Virus record (IMG/VR): IMGVR_UViG_3300044621_001461
Location: 1,334-65,333 of that record
DNA from: a virus
Lineage: Duplodnaviria > Caudoviricetes
DNA length: 64,000 nt
Reading direction: 5' to 3' (one strand)
Positions within the stretch are counted from its first letter, which is position 1; every line of letters begins with the position of its first letter. This document shows, one piece after another, positions 1 to 9,864 of the stretch. A program made the translations under genes and the position numbers. Under the pieces are notes generated by a model. It made no database searches. It was not told the origin of the DNA and saw only the letters and a program-made list of their open reading frames with translations.

Positions 1-215
1 TCAGGTTCAGGGGTCTTGTCAACCACATCAAAGATAATTAGATTGACACAAGCATCCTTTGCTTCTTTGAGAGTCTTTGTGACTTGTTGAGGAGTGTCTA
101 CAACATCAACAACAATCCACTTAGCAGCAGATGCTTTACGAATGAATCCAACAGTGTTAGAATCCTTCTGAACTTCGTAGATACCAGCAGACAGACGAGG
201 AAAGGTGAAAGTCAT
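1..215 (-). CDS. Small hypothetical early protein, runs off the window edge (MTFTFPRLSAGIYEVQKD...)
   Basis: ATG at 215 with an open frame to position 1, read manually; follows ORF 248..496 on the same strand. Confidence 0.6.
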   Translation of the reverse strand, partial: MTFTFPRLSAGIYEVQKDSNTVGFIRKASAAKWIVVDVVDTPQQVTKTLKEAKDACVNLIIFDVVDKTPEP

Positions 216-247
216 AATGAAGTATGATTGATTAACTTAAGTGTGAA

Positions 248-496
248 TCAGTAGCAGTATTCAGGAAGAATGCAGAAGTTACCGCAATACATACGAACCC
301 AGTTCAAGGTGTCAGCATAGCAACGAGGTTCAGATACTACCGTGCTCACATTCTTACGAGGATTGTAAGCAACGGCAATATAACGATAAAAATCAGGAGA
401 TTCTTCAATCTCTTGAATCCACATTTGATTGACATTACCTTCATGCCAATCCCAACGAGAGGTGGTGTAGTTAAAGATAGTATCAAGGTCGGTCAA
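248..496 (-). CDS. Hypothetical early protein
   Basis: 82-aa ORF directly downstream of an early-promoter cassette. Confidence 0.7.
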   Translation of the reverse strand: MTDLDTIFNYTTSRWDWHEGNVNQMWIQEIEESPDFYRYIAVAYNPRKNVSTVVSEPRCYADTLNWVRMYCGNFCILPEYCY

Positions 497-522
497 GTGG
501 TATCCTTTGCTTGTGTCCCTGT

Positions 523-581
523 ATTATAGGGCATCAGGGGGGTCTGTGCTCATTTACTGTGCCAGTGCTACGAGTGGCACA
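523..581 (-). promoter_or_regulatory. Early promoter cassette: TATAAT plus upstream TGTGCCA-N10-TGGCACA palindrome
   Basis: attata 523-528, palindrome 558-581, 29-nt gap; recurs about 11 times. Confidence 0.8.
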
Positions 582-590
582 TTGGATAAA

Positions 591-1373
591 TTATAAGACC
601 CTTATAATGAAAGCAAGTGCATGATATGGAGGTAAGTTTTGGTTTAAACCACTAACACCCTCTGGTGTAACAGCAACACTGTGGGAGTGTCTTCCATTAG
701 AATTAGTGCCTGCAGCAAATGCTGCTAATCTTTGTCCGTCATTTCCGCCAGATTGTTCCAATTCGGTAACATTGCCAGTGTTTGTTACATTAACAATTCC
801 ATTATAACCATCTTTTATAGCACCAGCTGAACCTTGGGCAAAACCATATCCGTGATTGTGTGCAGAAGCTGTATCAGTGATAGATGTGTGTCCGTGAGAA
901 ACTACAACAGCATCCGCACTACCACCAGTTTGATTGACACCAACTCCAGGATAAACATTATCTCCTCCACTGGTAGAACCAACAATAAATTTATCTCTTA
1001 GGTCTGGAGTTTTTGTAATTGTTGGTCTTAATGGAGAAGTTGATGGTAAATCAGTTCCATTGCATAGTTGCCAACCATCTGGTGTCGTAGTTCCAGACCA
1101 CATAAGAATTGCACCAAGTGGAACTAATGATGATGATGAAGCAAGCTTATCTGCAGTTACAGAGGAATTTGCAAGTTTATCTGTAGTTACAGAAGAATTT
1201 TGAATATGATTAGTTCCGACTGCTCTTTGAGAATTATCACTAGCACTACTTTGTAGTTTAGCAGCAGTTACAGCAGAATCATTGATATCATTTGTTGTTA
1301 CTCCAGAAGTAGCTATTTCTGTTGCACCTATAGAACCCGTAGCTACAAGACCACTTTGTATTTGAGTTGCCAT
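591..1373 (-). CDS. Tail-collar-domain fibre protein
   Basis: VPLGAILMWSG..PDGWQLCNG..PDLRDKFIVG collar motif, HxH motifs, C-terminal LPPYHALAFII, N-terminal VTxxKL repeats. Confidence 0.85.
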   Translation of the reverse strand: MATQIQSGLVATGSIGATEIATSGVTTNDINDSAVTAAKLQSSASDNSQRAVGTNHIQNSSVTTDKLANSSVTADKLASSSSLVPLGAILMWSGTTTPDGWQLCNGTDLPSTSPLRPTITKTPDLRDKFIVGSTSGGDNVYPGVGVNQTGGSADAVVVSHGHTSITDTASAHNHGYGFAQGSAGAIKDGYNGIVNVTNTGNVTELEQSGGNDGQRLAAFAAGTNSNGRHSHSVAVTPEGVSGLNQNLPPYHALAFIIRVL

Positions 1374-1410
1374 TATAGTTTTACTTTAATTTCGTAAAAC
1401 TATTTATTGA

Positions 1411-1602
1411 TTACTTTGTAGATTCCTTCACAAGGACAACCTCATTATATTGATTTGGATAAACTAAAAGACAAACATCCTTTGATTTGTGTTCCATTCT
1501 ACGAACACAAATTGTAATGTATTTTTCGCAGACAAAATAAACTTTACCGTACATTCCACGATAGTAAACTTCAATTCCTTCTGCAAATGTTATTCTTGGC
1601 AT
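1411..1602 (-). CDS. Conserved-looking small cyanophage protein
   Basis: 63-aa ORF with TAAATA upstream. Confidence 0.6.
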   Translation of the reverse strand: MPRITFAEGIEVYYRGMYGKVYFVCEKYITICVRRMEHKSKDVCLLVYPNQYNEVVLVKESTK

Positions 1603-1800
1603 TTGAACTAATTTAATTCAAGACTATTTAATTTCATTACTTGGAGGATGTTTCAGTCTTTCAATACCCACTGCTTTATCATAAATATCAAACATTTTCT
1701 TATCACGTTTGATTAGAAATGCGTTCCATCCAAGAATAGCAATAAAAGCAAGAAAGATGTAAGTAATAGTTTTAGAATTCATTTCAAATAAAATTTATAT

Positions 1801-2199
1801 TTACTTATACAAATATTGCCCACTCCAATCAGCACGTTGATACATTTCCTCACGAGACTTATCATCAAGAAGGTTGTACCGAATACCTTTGGCAGGTGCT
1901 TTCCACGATGCTGGTTTATAAACATCAGCAGTCTCTTTATCTACAAAGAGATGAACGTGACTTTGATTATAATCTCTCATTATAATCTTATGGTACTTGC
2001 GAAGAGTATTGATATAAAACTCTGGAACATCTTCACCTTCACAAAGTTTATCAATTTGCTCTTGATGATATTCTACATTCTCACCTTTTTCAATGTATTT
2101 GCGGTGATTATCAATACGATGCGATTGATAGTTAGTGCGAAGAACCTCACAAAGAGTTTGAGTGTATTGAAGAACCTTATCAGCAGTCGCAGTAGTCAT
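1801..2199 (-). CDS. Hypothetical protein of a T4-like phage family (VYKPASWKAPAKGIRY motif)
   Basis: Motif recognised from T4-like phage hypothetical proteins. Confidence 0.75.
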   Translation of the reverse strand: MTTATADKVLQYTQTLCEVLRTNYQSHRIDNHRKYIEKGENVEYHQEQIDKLCEGEDVPEFYINTLRKYHKIIMRDYNQSHVHLFVDKETADVYKPASWKAPAKGIRYNLLDDKSREEMYQRADWSGQYLYK

Positions 2200-2343
2200 T
2201 TGAAGTTCAGTTTGTTTTTGAGATGTTGAAGTGCTTGCTTGCGGGATTTAAGTTTTCCCTTACAAGTTCCTTTAGTATTCTTTTGTTTTCCTGAGTTATG
2301 TTGCCAATTTGGGGTAGTCATCTCCTTTCCTTGGTATGAACCT

Positions 2344-2402
2344 ATTATAGGGCATCAGGGAGGTCTGTGGGGGTTTATTGTGCCACTAGAAGAAGTGGCA
2401 CA
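2344..2402 (-). promoter_or_regulatory. Early promoter cassette
   Basis: attata 2344-2349; TGTGCCA-CTAGAAGAAG-TGGCACA 2379-2402; 29-nt gap. Confidence 0.8.
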
Positions 2403-2879
2403 TCAACTATAGCAATACTCTTTCCACTCAGGAACATTTGCTCTATCTAAAGAAAATAACATTTTATTAAATGGTTTCTTTGGAATAGTTTGAAGAATCA
2501 TATTAGTATCTTCAAGTAGTTTGTTGCCTTTTCTCATATTACAAGGCATACAAGCAACCACAAGATTTTCCCAAGTATCTTCACCACCACGAGAACGTGG
2601 AATAATATGGTCGATAGTTAATTCTCTTGTCGAACCACAATACTGACACTTATGCCCATCACGTTTATAAATCATAGTTCGTGATGGTTTGGTTTGCATT
2701 AGTTTTTCATATGGTAACTTAATATAATTTACCAATCGAATCACTCTCTTACCGAGTGCTTGTGCTTTATTTTTCATAAGAAGCACAATTGCTCTTTTCC
2801 AATTACAAAAGTTAAGAGGTTCAAAACTTGCGTTTAGAACAAGTATGGTTTGGTATGGTTCAAGTTTTAGATAGTCCAT
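2403..2879 (-). CDS. HNH endonuclease (McrA/HNH_5-like)
   Basis: LVLNASFEPL N-terminus; RDGHKCQYCG, LTIDHIIPRSRGG, WENLVVACMPCNMRKG. Confidence 0.9.
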   Translation of the reverse strand: MDYLKLEPYQTILVLNASFEPLNFCNWKRAIVLLMKNKAQALGKRVIRLVNYIKLPYEKLMQTKPSRTMIYKRDGHKCQYCGSTRELTIDHIIPRSRGGEDTWENLVVACMPCNMRKGNKLLEDTNMILQTIPKKPFNKMLFSLDRANVPEWKEYCYS

Positions 2880-2972
2880 CGACCTTTATATGAATTTATA
2901 AGTGAACAGATTTTAACTCTTTTATTATCTAGATGTCAAATAACAAATCAGAGTTAAAACCTGTTCTTTTTA

Positions 2973-3191
2973 TCAGAGAGCAGTCACAGCACCATCAACA
3001 TCAGTCAGAGACACATAACCATCATCATCAACTGCTTGAGTGTAGTTCTCAAGAACAGTAGAATCATAATTATCCAGTGCTTCTACGAGTTCAGCACCAG
3101 TTTCTGCTTTCGTGATATTTACAATCAGTTGAGCACCAGCAGGATTGGTATCAACGAGTTCAGCAGCAAGAGCAACCAGTTTGGCAGACAT
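2973..3191 (-). CDS. Hypothetical protein
   Basis: 72-aa acidic ORF downstream of the tRNA cluster. Confidence 0.65.
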   Translation of the reverse strand: MSAKLVALAAELVDTNPAGAQLIVNITKAETGAELVEALDNYDSTVLENYTQAVDDDGYVSLTDVDGAVTAL

Positions 3192-3234
3192 TATAATAAA
3201 AGCAAGGTGAATGTTTGGGTATTGTTATACCCAA

Positions 3235-3307
3235 TGGAAATAACTGGACTTGAACCAGTGGTCTTTCGATTATCAGTCGAATGCTTTACCAACTAAGCTA
3301 TATTTCC
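3235..3307 (-). tRNA. trnI: tRNA-Ile(GAU)
   Basis: GGAAATA/TATTTCC acceptor stem, TTCGA-CTGATAA-TCGAA anticodon arm, GTTCAAGTC T arm; no encoded CCA. Confidence 0.95.
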
Positions 3308-3310
3308 AGA

Positions 3311-3382
3311 TGGGTTATGTTGGATTTGAACCAACGACTAATCGGTTAAAAGCCGAATACTCTATCACTGAGTTAATAACCC
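3311..3382 (-). tRNA. trnK: tRNA-Lys(UUU)
   Basis: GGGTTAT/ATAACCC acceptor stem, TCGG-CTTTTAA-CCGA anticodon arm, GTTCAAATC. Confidence 0.93.
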
Positions 3383-3386
3383 GAGG

Positions 3387-3475
3387 CGGAAGTGGTTGGA
3401 TTTGAACCAACGGATGCCCTAAAGAACATCGGGAGATTAGCAATCTCCTGCATTAAACCACTCTGCCACACTTCC
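3387..3475 (-). tRNA. trnS: tRNA-Ser(GCU), long variable arm
   Basis: GGAAGTG/CACTTCC-G, GGAGA-TTGCTAA-TCTCC, long variable arm, GTTCAAATC. Confidence 0.95.
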
Positions 3476-3655
3476 AAAAAAGAAATTAAACACCCAAAGG
3501 ATATTCAATTTCAATTTCATCTTCGTCAGGAAGACCAAGTTGAAGACTAATGTAGTCTTCATAATCAACACCGAGAAACTTTTTAGCAAAGTCCTCGTAA
3601 TCATCGTGAAGAACGCAAGTGTCAATCATCATAACCTCCTTGACTTGATGAATAC

Positions 3656-3714
3656 ATCATAGCATGGTCAGGACCGTTTGGAAAGTGTTGTGTGCCACCT
3701 AAAAAAGTGTCACA
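3656..3714 (-). promoter_or_regulatory. Early promoter cassette driving a small ORF and the tRNAs
   Basis: atcata 3656-3661; TGTGCCA-N10-TGTCACA 3691-3714; 29-nt gap. Confidence 0.78.
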
Positions 3715-4311
3715 AGGTCTCAACGTCCTCCAGCAATTCTGGATTGTATTCTTTTACTTCTGTGATGAGTTCTTCATCATTATACTCATTGAGATTGGAA
3801 ACAAGAGTATCATAAACAAAACACTCCATTGTCTTCATATCCATTGAATCCATTATTTGTTGTGCATAATCTTCAATGAGTTTTTCACGATTGAGAGACA
3901 TTTTGTTAAACTCCAAGATTTCTTTGTAAAGGTCAGTCATCAAACAGCATCAATTTCAGCAAGTTTCTTTTGCTTTCGCAAATCAGTGATAATCATTTGA
4001 AGTTCAGCAATATCTTCATACAGAACTTCTGCTTCATCAGCAAGATTTTCGTATTGAAATGAAGACCTTGCTTTCTTCATTTGCTTGAGAAGTTTATCAT
4101 ACTTCTTCTTTGCTTCTTTGAGTTCTTTTTCGTAATCTTGAATAGACTTTGAGTAATTCATTTGTTGAAAGGAGAATTGAAATAACTACGAAAAACAGTA
4201 ATAAGAATAACAAAAGTAAAAATAAGACCACCCAAACCAGCAATAGTAGTCCCATCACCAGTGAAATTGTAAGTTGAAATCTGGTTCATCGTTTGATTGA
4301 TTTACTCCGTA

Positions 4312-4370
4312 ATCATAGCACAAAAAAGGGGCACTTGCAACCGTCAATAGACAGTTCGGCAAGTGTCCCC
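4312..4370 (-). promoter_or_regulatory. Early promoter cassette (degenerate palindrome)
   Basis: atcata 4312-4317; ATAGACA-GTTCGGCAAG-TGTCCCC 4347-4370; 29-nt gap. Confidence 0.65.
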
Positions 4371-4868
4371 ACCAGAAAGACCAATGTTTTCTGAAATGGC
4401 ATAGCACAAATTACCGTGCAAATCGTAATCAAGTTGTCCCATTTTATCTACTACTGCATCAGAAATCATTTGAATAAGAAACCCAATCCATCGTTCATCG
4501 TTGTAGATATATTCTACAACTTCTGGTGCAAGTGCAGCAGCAATTTTATTCAGAGACTTAGCAGAAATCATTGGTCGGTAGAAGTATAAAAAACAAAATC
4601 AACAACACGATTGCTGTTTGTCTTAACACTATTTACAATAGTTTCACCATTATCCAACCACCACAGTTGTGCAACAGTAGCAAAATAAGAAACTACACCA
4701 ACAACAATCGCACAAATCGTAGCAACAACAAAGATGATGCTTTCACCAAACTTCACATAATCAATCTTCTGTAGATTACCATAAAGGTCATCAGCAGGAG
4801 GAAATCCAAGTGTTGAGTTCATTTTAATAAAGAAAAAGAATTGTGGTCTCTGTCTCAACCACCCTTTA

Positions 4869-4926
4869 AGAATACCACAGTTTATGGTCTGTGCTCTTTT
4901 ACTGTGCCACTAGAACAAGTGGCACA
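4869..4926 (-). promoter_or_regulatory. Early promoter cassette
   Basis: TATTCT-type -10; TGTGCCA-CTAGAACAAG-TGGCACA 4903-4926. Confidence 0.72.
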
Positions 4927-5403
4927 CGACTATGGAGTGGGGTCATAATAAACAATCTCTTCCAGTGCAGGAAGAATTTCATATTGAATAGTTTCCAAAT
5001 GAGTTCCAATAATAGTCATATCCATCTCGTGAAGTTTATTTTCACGTTCTACAACTTCTTTGAGAATCTTGTATGCTTTTTCGATTTCAGCATAAGAATA
5101 GATGATTTTGGATTCCATTACCATTCACCTCGTTGAATCATAATTTTTTTAATTTCAGTATATATAAACTTCTTTAGTTTTTCGTCGTTTGTACTTTCAA
5201 AAGCAGCATACAATCTCTTTAGATAGTCTTCTTGTTTTGTGATATTCACAACTTTAACATTTGTGACACCAATATCACGCATAGAAGAACCTGCTTTTGT
5301 TTTTGCTCTTCCAAAATTGCCAGTTACATTACCTTGAGTACGAAGTTTAGGTTTGATTTTAGAAAGATTAGAGTAAATCATCAATCAGGTCATTGATACA
5401 AGT

Positions 5404-5462
5404 ATCATAGCACCTACTCTGGTGCTTTGGGGGGTACAGGGGACACTTTCGCATCTGGTCCC
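5404..5462 (-). promoter_or_regulatory. Early promoter cassette (degenerate, overlaps an ORF end)
   Basis: atcata 5404-5409; GGGGACA-N10-TGGTCCC 5439-5462; 29-nt gap. Confidence 0.6.
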
Positions 5463-5591
5463 TTGACCTCAACAAATAACCTATTCAATATATCATCACA
5501 AACTTGATATGATTTAGATGTTAAACCAACTTTATTCATTTGATATAATCTTACAGCATTATAGATAATCTTTTTTTCTTCTAAATTAAAT

Positions 5592-5915
5592 TCAGTCATC
5601 TAACTCCACATCTTTCACAAGGTCTTTGAGATTATTAACAAAATCTTCATCCATAGGAATCAGTTTCTCTTCACCTCTATCAATTCTATCGCACATTTCC
5701 ATAAGGTACTCAAGAAACTCTTTTGGTAAAGTTTCATCCATATTGATAGAACACCAGAACCAATTATAACATTCTTCATATGGGTCGTCAGTTTTTAGAA
5801 GAGCATAGTCCTTATAGTTTCCACTAATAAGGTCTCTCCACATCTTGAAGTTGTTCCACATCTCCCTCCAACCAGTTTGAAAGCAGTGTCCGAAATAATA
5901 CTCAAACCAATTCAT
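5592..5915 (-). CDS. Hypothetical protein, paralog of 12075..12422
   Basis: NWFEYYFGHCxQTGW...YKDYALLKTDDP...EMCDRIDRGEEKLIP shared by both copies. Confidence 0.8.
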   Translation of the reverse strand: MNWFEYYFGHCFQTGWREMWNNFKMWRDLISGNYKDYALLKTDDPYEECYNWFWCSINMDETLPKEFLEYLMEMCDRIDRGEEKLIPMDEDFVNNLKDLVKDVELDD

Positions 5916-6457
5916 CAGTGCTCTACCATTCCCTGAAGATACCTTATCGTATCATCCATACGGGCATCAGTCAAGTGTGCTGCAGGATTGAACCCAAGAT
6001 GTGTATTATGTTGATTCAACCAGTGTATCATAAGTTCTTCATCACCACCCACAAGAACATACAAATACTTATAGAGTTGTAGTAGTTTCAGTGGTTCAAT
6101 GTCACCCAAAGGCATATGGAGAGCATTTGCTGCTTTTGTTGCTTTTTCTTTTAGAAATTCTTCATCAGTCAAACGAGCAATCAGTTCTTGTCGTTTTTGT
6201 TCTTTGAGTTTCTCTTCTTCTTTTTGTTTCAACATACTCACAAAAGTATCCATTAGATAGTCAAAAGAACAACCAGAATTATACCAATTACTTTCACATT
6301 CTTTAGTGATAAAGGTTGTTTCATCAAAGTTATTGGTATAAAGTTCATAGAACCTGATTTTGTAATCACCATCCGTATCTTCCTTCACATCATAAGAAAG
6401 ACCAAGTTGAGTTGCGTAAGTGAAAAGTTCAAGAAGGTCAGTTGTGGAAACAGTCAT
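5915..6457 (-). CDS. Hypothetical protein with a C-terminal segment resembling the Xre/MbcA/ParS antitoxin C-terminal domain
   Basis: LVGGDEELMIHWLNQHNTHLGFNPAAHL resembles the GDEEKA..WL..PN..LGG..P motif. Confidence 0.5.
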   Translation of the reverse strand: MTVSTTDLLELFTYATQLGLSYDVKEDTDGDYKIRFYELYTNNFDETTFITKECESNWYNSGCSFDYLMDTFVSMLKQKEEEKLKEQKRQELIARLTDEEFLKEKATKAANALHMPLGDIEPLKLLQLYKYLYVLVGGDEELMIHWLNQHNTHLGFNPAAHLTDARMDDTIRYLQGMVEH

Positions 6458-6796
6458 CAGGTTTCTGTGTGTATGAGAGTATTATATCAAATAGAATTGG
6501 GATAAGTTATTTCAGTCCAAGGAAGAGTTTTCAGTTCTTCATATGTAAATTGAATGCCATCATCAAGTCGTGCTTCATTTTTATAGAGATAAAACTGCTT
6601 GAAATTCACAACAGTTCCTCTCAAATCACCATCCTCATCTACCTGATAAACAAGAACATCACAATACTTATTTCTATCATAAGTCAGGATTTTTGCTCTA
6701 CGAATAGGTGCTTTTTCTCCCCCAATATCACCATAAGATGGAATGGGATAATCAGTAAAGGCATCAAGCATTTGGAGTTCCTTTGTGTATGAGAGT

Positions 6797-6855
6797 ATCA
6801 TACCACCCACAGAGGCACCCAGAGCATCCCCTGTGCCAGTTCATCAAGTGTCCTC
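6797..6855 (-). promoter_or_regulatory. Early promoter cassette
   Basis: atcata 6797-6802; TGTGCCA-GTTCATCAAG-TGTCCTC 6832-6855; 29-nt gap. Confidence 0.75.
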
Positions 6856-7565
6856 ACCCAAGTTCTTATAAATCGCATCCATCCATATCTTATCAAAATA
6901 TTTCCTGTCTTCATCAGTAATCATATTTGCTCTCATATACTCTTCAAGTGTGATGTTATTATCATCCAAGAACTTTTGGAGTTCTTCAATAGTCATCCAA
7001 AGAAACCTCAAAGGTAATTCTAGCACCAGTAGTATTGATATACTTATGTCCCATTTCCATATTCATACTTACCACCTGTGCCTCACCATTTTTGATTTTT
7101 TCTGCTACTTGTTGAAAAGATGCTTTCAAGTCATCAAGGTCATAAGATTTAAGTTTTGATAGTTTTGGTTTCTCTACTGGTTTTGGAGGTTCTGGTGGTT
7201 TTGGATTGTAGAGTTCATTATATTTTTCTATGAGTGGGTTAGTCATCCTCCCAAATCTCCACTCACTACAATAGGTTCTACATCACCACAGACAACTTCT
7301 GCGTTCATTTGTTCCATAATAATAGACACCTTATCCATAACTCTTTCTCTGGTTTCTTGTGTCCAAATGCTATTTCCAACGACACTCAAACTTTTATAAA
7401 GAGTATTATGGATTACCATAAGGTCTGCTGCTGATAGTTTAGTCATTCCTCATCCCCAATATTTCCCCAACGATGAAGTGCTTCACGAATAGTATTTCTA
7501 ACTTCGGGATAAAGATTGTAATACCCTCCAATCTCATCCCAAAGTTCATCAATTTGTTCGTCGGT

Positions 7566-7905
7566 TGGTTCAGTCATAATCAATAATCAACTCCTTCTGT
7601 TTTTTCAATTTCAGTCATTTTACTTTACCTCACCTTTTCGTAAGTCAATAAACACAAATTTATCATTTATTTGATGAATTATAAACCACGAAGAGTTTTC
7701 ATCATCAATCATAGTTTTTACTTCATCAAGAGTATCATACAACTTCAAAAACTCCCAATCACTCCATTTACCAGTAAGTTCGTGATGAGTTCCTTCATCA
7801 ATCCAAAATTGAAAAGAATACTGAAAGTCAGTATCACTTATATTACGAATTTTATGAGTATCGGTTAGGTATAGTGGTTCAGTCATAATCAATAATCAAC
7901 TCCTT
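7566..7905. repeat. 31-bp direct repeat (7566-7596 and 7875-7905) carrying RBS and start codon
   Basis: TGGTTCAGTCATAATCAATAATCAACTCCTT twice; minus strand reads AAGGAGTTGATTATTGATTATGACTGAACCA. Confidence 0.85.
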
Positions 7906-8267
7906 GGTATTAATGTTGAAGGATTTCATTTCACATCCACCCAATCATCATAATAATATCCATAAGAACCTCCACCACTATGATTTTTACATAGAATATT
8001 ACTACAAGAAAACCAATAGTCAAAGTTTTTACTTTCTGGTCGCACTTCCAAAAGAGATTGATTACACAGGTATTCTAACACAGGATTTTCACAATCGGTG
8101 CATTTACCAACAACACCCAAACAATCTGGTGGTTCAGTCATTTTTCTTATAAAACTCTATTTTGAGTTGAGTAATGAGTAAATCAACTTTATCTTCAATA
8201 CGAGTAAGTCGTTCCTCAATTGTGTCTATAAGATATTCATCAATTGCTTGTTTTTTTATTTCGTAAA

Positions 8268-8726
8268 TCATAGTTTTATAAAGTGAAATTCACCATCTTG
8301 TTTTGTTTTACCCCAGAGAAATTCATTTGAATCTATATCATATCCAGCATCTCTGGAATAGTAATTAATACCATCAAACTTCAAAAATGTGGAGACATAA
8401 GCATTTCTCTTGGGTATGATACAATTATCATTTATACCAATCCAAGAGTTATTTACATACTCAAAAACAATCTCACAAGATTTGGTATTTGTAAGATTAT
8501 TATAAGGTGTCATAATAACATTCTCACCAGACACGGATAATTCCAATGTTGTTGCCCGATAAGGTTTTTCTTCCCCATCAATATCATACCAACTCTTTGA
8601 GTATAACATTCCGTCAGGAAGTTCTTCAAATTTAATATGAATATGTGCCCAAAGTGGTGGACTGTTAAATGCTTGCTGTTGGTTAGAATAATTACCAATC
8701 AATTTTACTTTGAAATCTTCAATCAT
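8268..8726 (-). CDS. cpeT: CpeT/CpcT-like (T-type) phycobilin lyase
   Basis: GNYSNQQQAFNSPPLWAHIHI, KPYR and SRDAGYD....FLWG....GEFHF motifs. Confidence 0.88.
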   Translation of the reverse strand: MIEDFKVKLIGNYSNQQQAFNSPPLWAHIHIKFEELPDGMLYSKSWYDIDGEEKPYRATTLELSVSGENVIMTPYNNLTNTKSCEIVFEYVNNSWIGINDNCIIPKRNAYVSTFLKFDGINYYSRDAGYDIDSNEFLWGKTKQDGEFHFIKL

Positions 8727-8984
8727 TCTTCATCCTCCCAATCAATCTCAACGGTTTCAAACTGCTCTACATTAGTGTAAGGCATAGGATTTGCAGGTCC
8801 TCCCATCTCATAATGGATTTTATCAAACAATTCATTAAGCACTAAACTCTCAAATCCTTCTTGGTCTGGATAACACTCCCAGTCCTCAAACATTTCAGTT
8901 GTGGGAGAAACCGTGAGAGTTCGGGTGTAAGTAACTGTGATTGCTTTGAGTTGAATACGCATTTGTTTGGTTGCTTATGAAGTC

Positions 8985-9043
8985 ATTATAAGGCAAAAAG
9001 GGGTCTTGTGGAGACCCCCTGTGCCAGTTCGTCAAGTGTCTTT
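8985..9043 (-). promoter_or_regulatory. Early promoter cassette
   Basis: attata 8985-8990; TGTGCCA-GTTCGTCAAG-TGTCTTT 9020-9043; 29-nt gap. Confidence 0.75.
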
Positions 9044-9770
9044 ATGATATTCTTACTCTTTTGGAAGTGTCTATTCCTCTTTTTCTTTGATAACAAGCAA
9101 GTGCCCCAGCATTAGAAATGAAACCAGTTTCAAGACATTTCCATTTTTGTGAGGCAACTTTTTTAGAATTCTCACTCATTTGTTCTCTGGTAAGTGCGTG
9201 AACCCCAACTTTCATTTCATATGCTTTTTTTCCACCATTAAACCCATTTTCACTCAATTGTTTTTTTGTATAAGAAAAAATACCAACACCAAGTTCTTTT
9301 GATTTTTTACCATTTTCACTCCTTTGTTCTTTTGTAAAACCATAAAGTCCAGCACCAAGTTTTTTTGCTATTTCGGTTGCTTTTTTACCATATTCACTCC
9401 TTTGTTCGTAAGTAAGTGAATGAATACCTACACCAAGTTCTTTTGTCTTATTTCCCAATTCTTTTGCTTTTTCTGTCGTCATTCCATTATGAAATTTTGA
9501 AGAAGTTTGATATGCTTTATTCGCAAAGTGTGGATTTTCAACTACTTTATAGTATTCTTGTAAAGTAATCTCATCAATATATGCTTCTTCTCTTGTATTA
9601 TAATCGTCCTTAAGTATTATCTTTTGAGTTGGTTTAAAGTTTTTATCACTAAAAGAACCAAAATACTTTATATCTTCTTCTGGTAAGCATTTACAGGTTC
9701 TTGAACCAAAATATCCTCTACCCCATTCCTCATAGGAATAATAAACATAGTGATACTCTTTGAGTTCCAT
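9042..9770 (-). CDS. Seg-like GIY-YIG homing endonuclease with C-terminal repeats
   Basis: HYVYYSY..GRGYFGSR, YFGS, REEAY.DE, HFAN; repeated LGVG.....EQ.SE.GKK units; low GC. Confidence 0.8.
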   Translation of the reverse strand: MELKEYHYVYYSYEEWGRGYFGSRTCKCLPEEDIKYFGSFSDKNFKPTQKIILKDDYNTREEAYIDEITLQEYYKVVENPHFANKAYQTSSKFHNGMTTEKAKELGNKTKELGVGIHSLTYEQRSEYGKKATEIAKKLGAGLYGFTKEQRSENGKKSKELGVGIFSYTKKQLSENGFNGGKKAYEMKVGVHALTREQMSENSKKVASQKWKCLETGFISNAGALACYQRKRGIDTSKRVRIS

Positions 9771-9807
9771 AGTTCTGCTTTATGTTGTGCCGCAATAGTA
9801 TTTATAC

Positions 9808-9864
9808 AAGAAAAGGTGCCCGAAAGCACCCAATCTCTGCTATGGTTGCGACACACATAAGCAT
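9808..9864 (-). ncRNA. Putative antisense sRNA A (cognate to endonuclease 9042..9770)
   Basis: TAAATA 9868-9873; 5' hairpin TGCTTATG/CATAGCA; terminator GGTGCTTTCGGGCACC-TTTT; 9846-9863 complementary to leader 9776-9795; second TATAAATA 9799-9806. Confidence 0.7.

Noticed and set aside
558-581. Palindromes as transposon ends or integron attC sites
   Set aside because: No transposase or integrase; the fixed distance to -10 boxes favours a promoter element.
3036-3625. ORFs 3036..3296 and 3437..3625
   Set aside because: They overlap tRNA genes; a shorter ORF in another frame (MIDTCVLHDD...) fits better.
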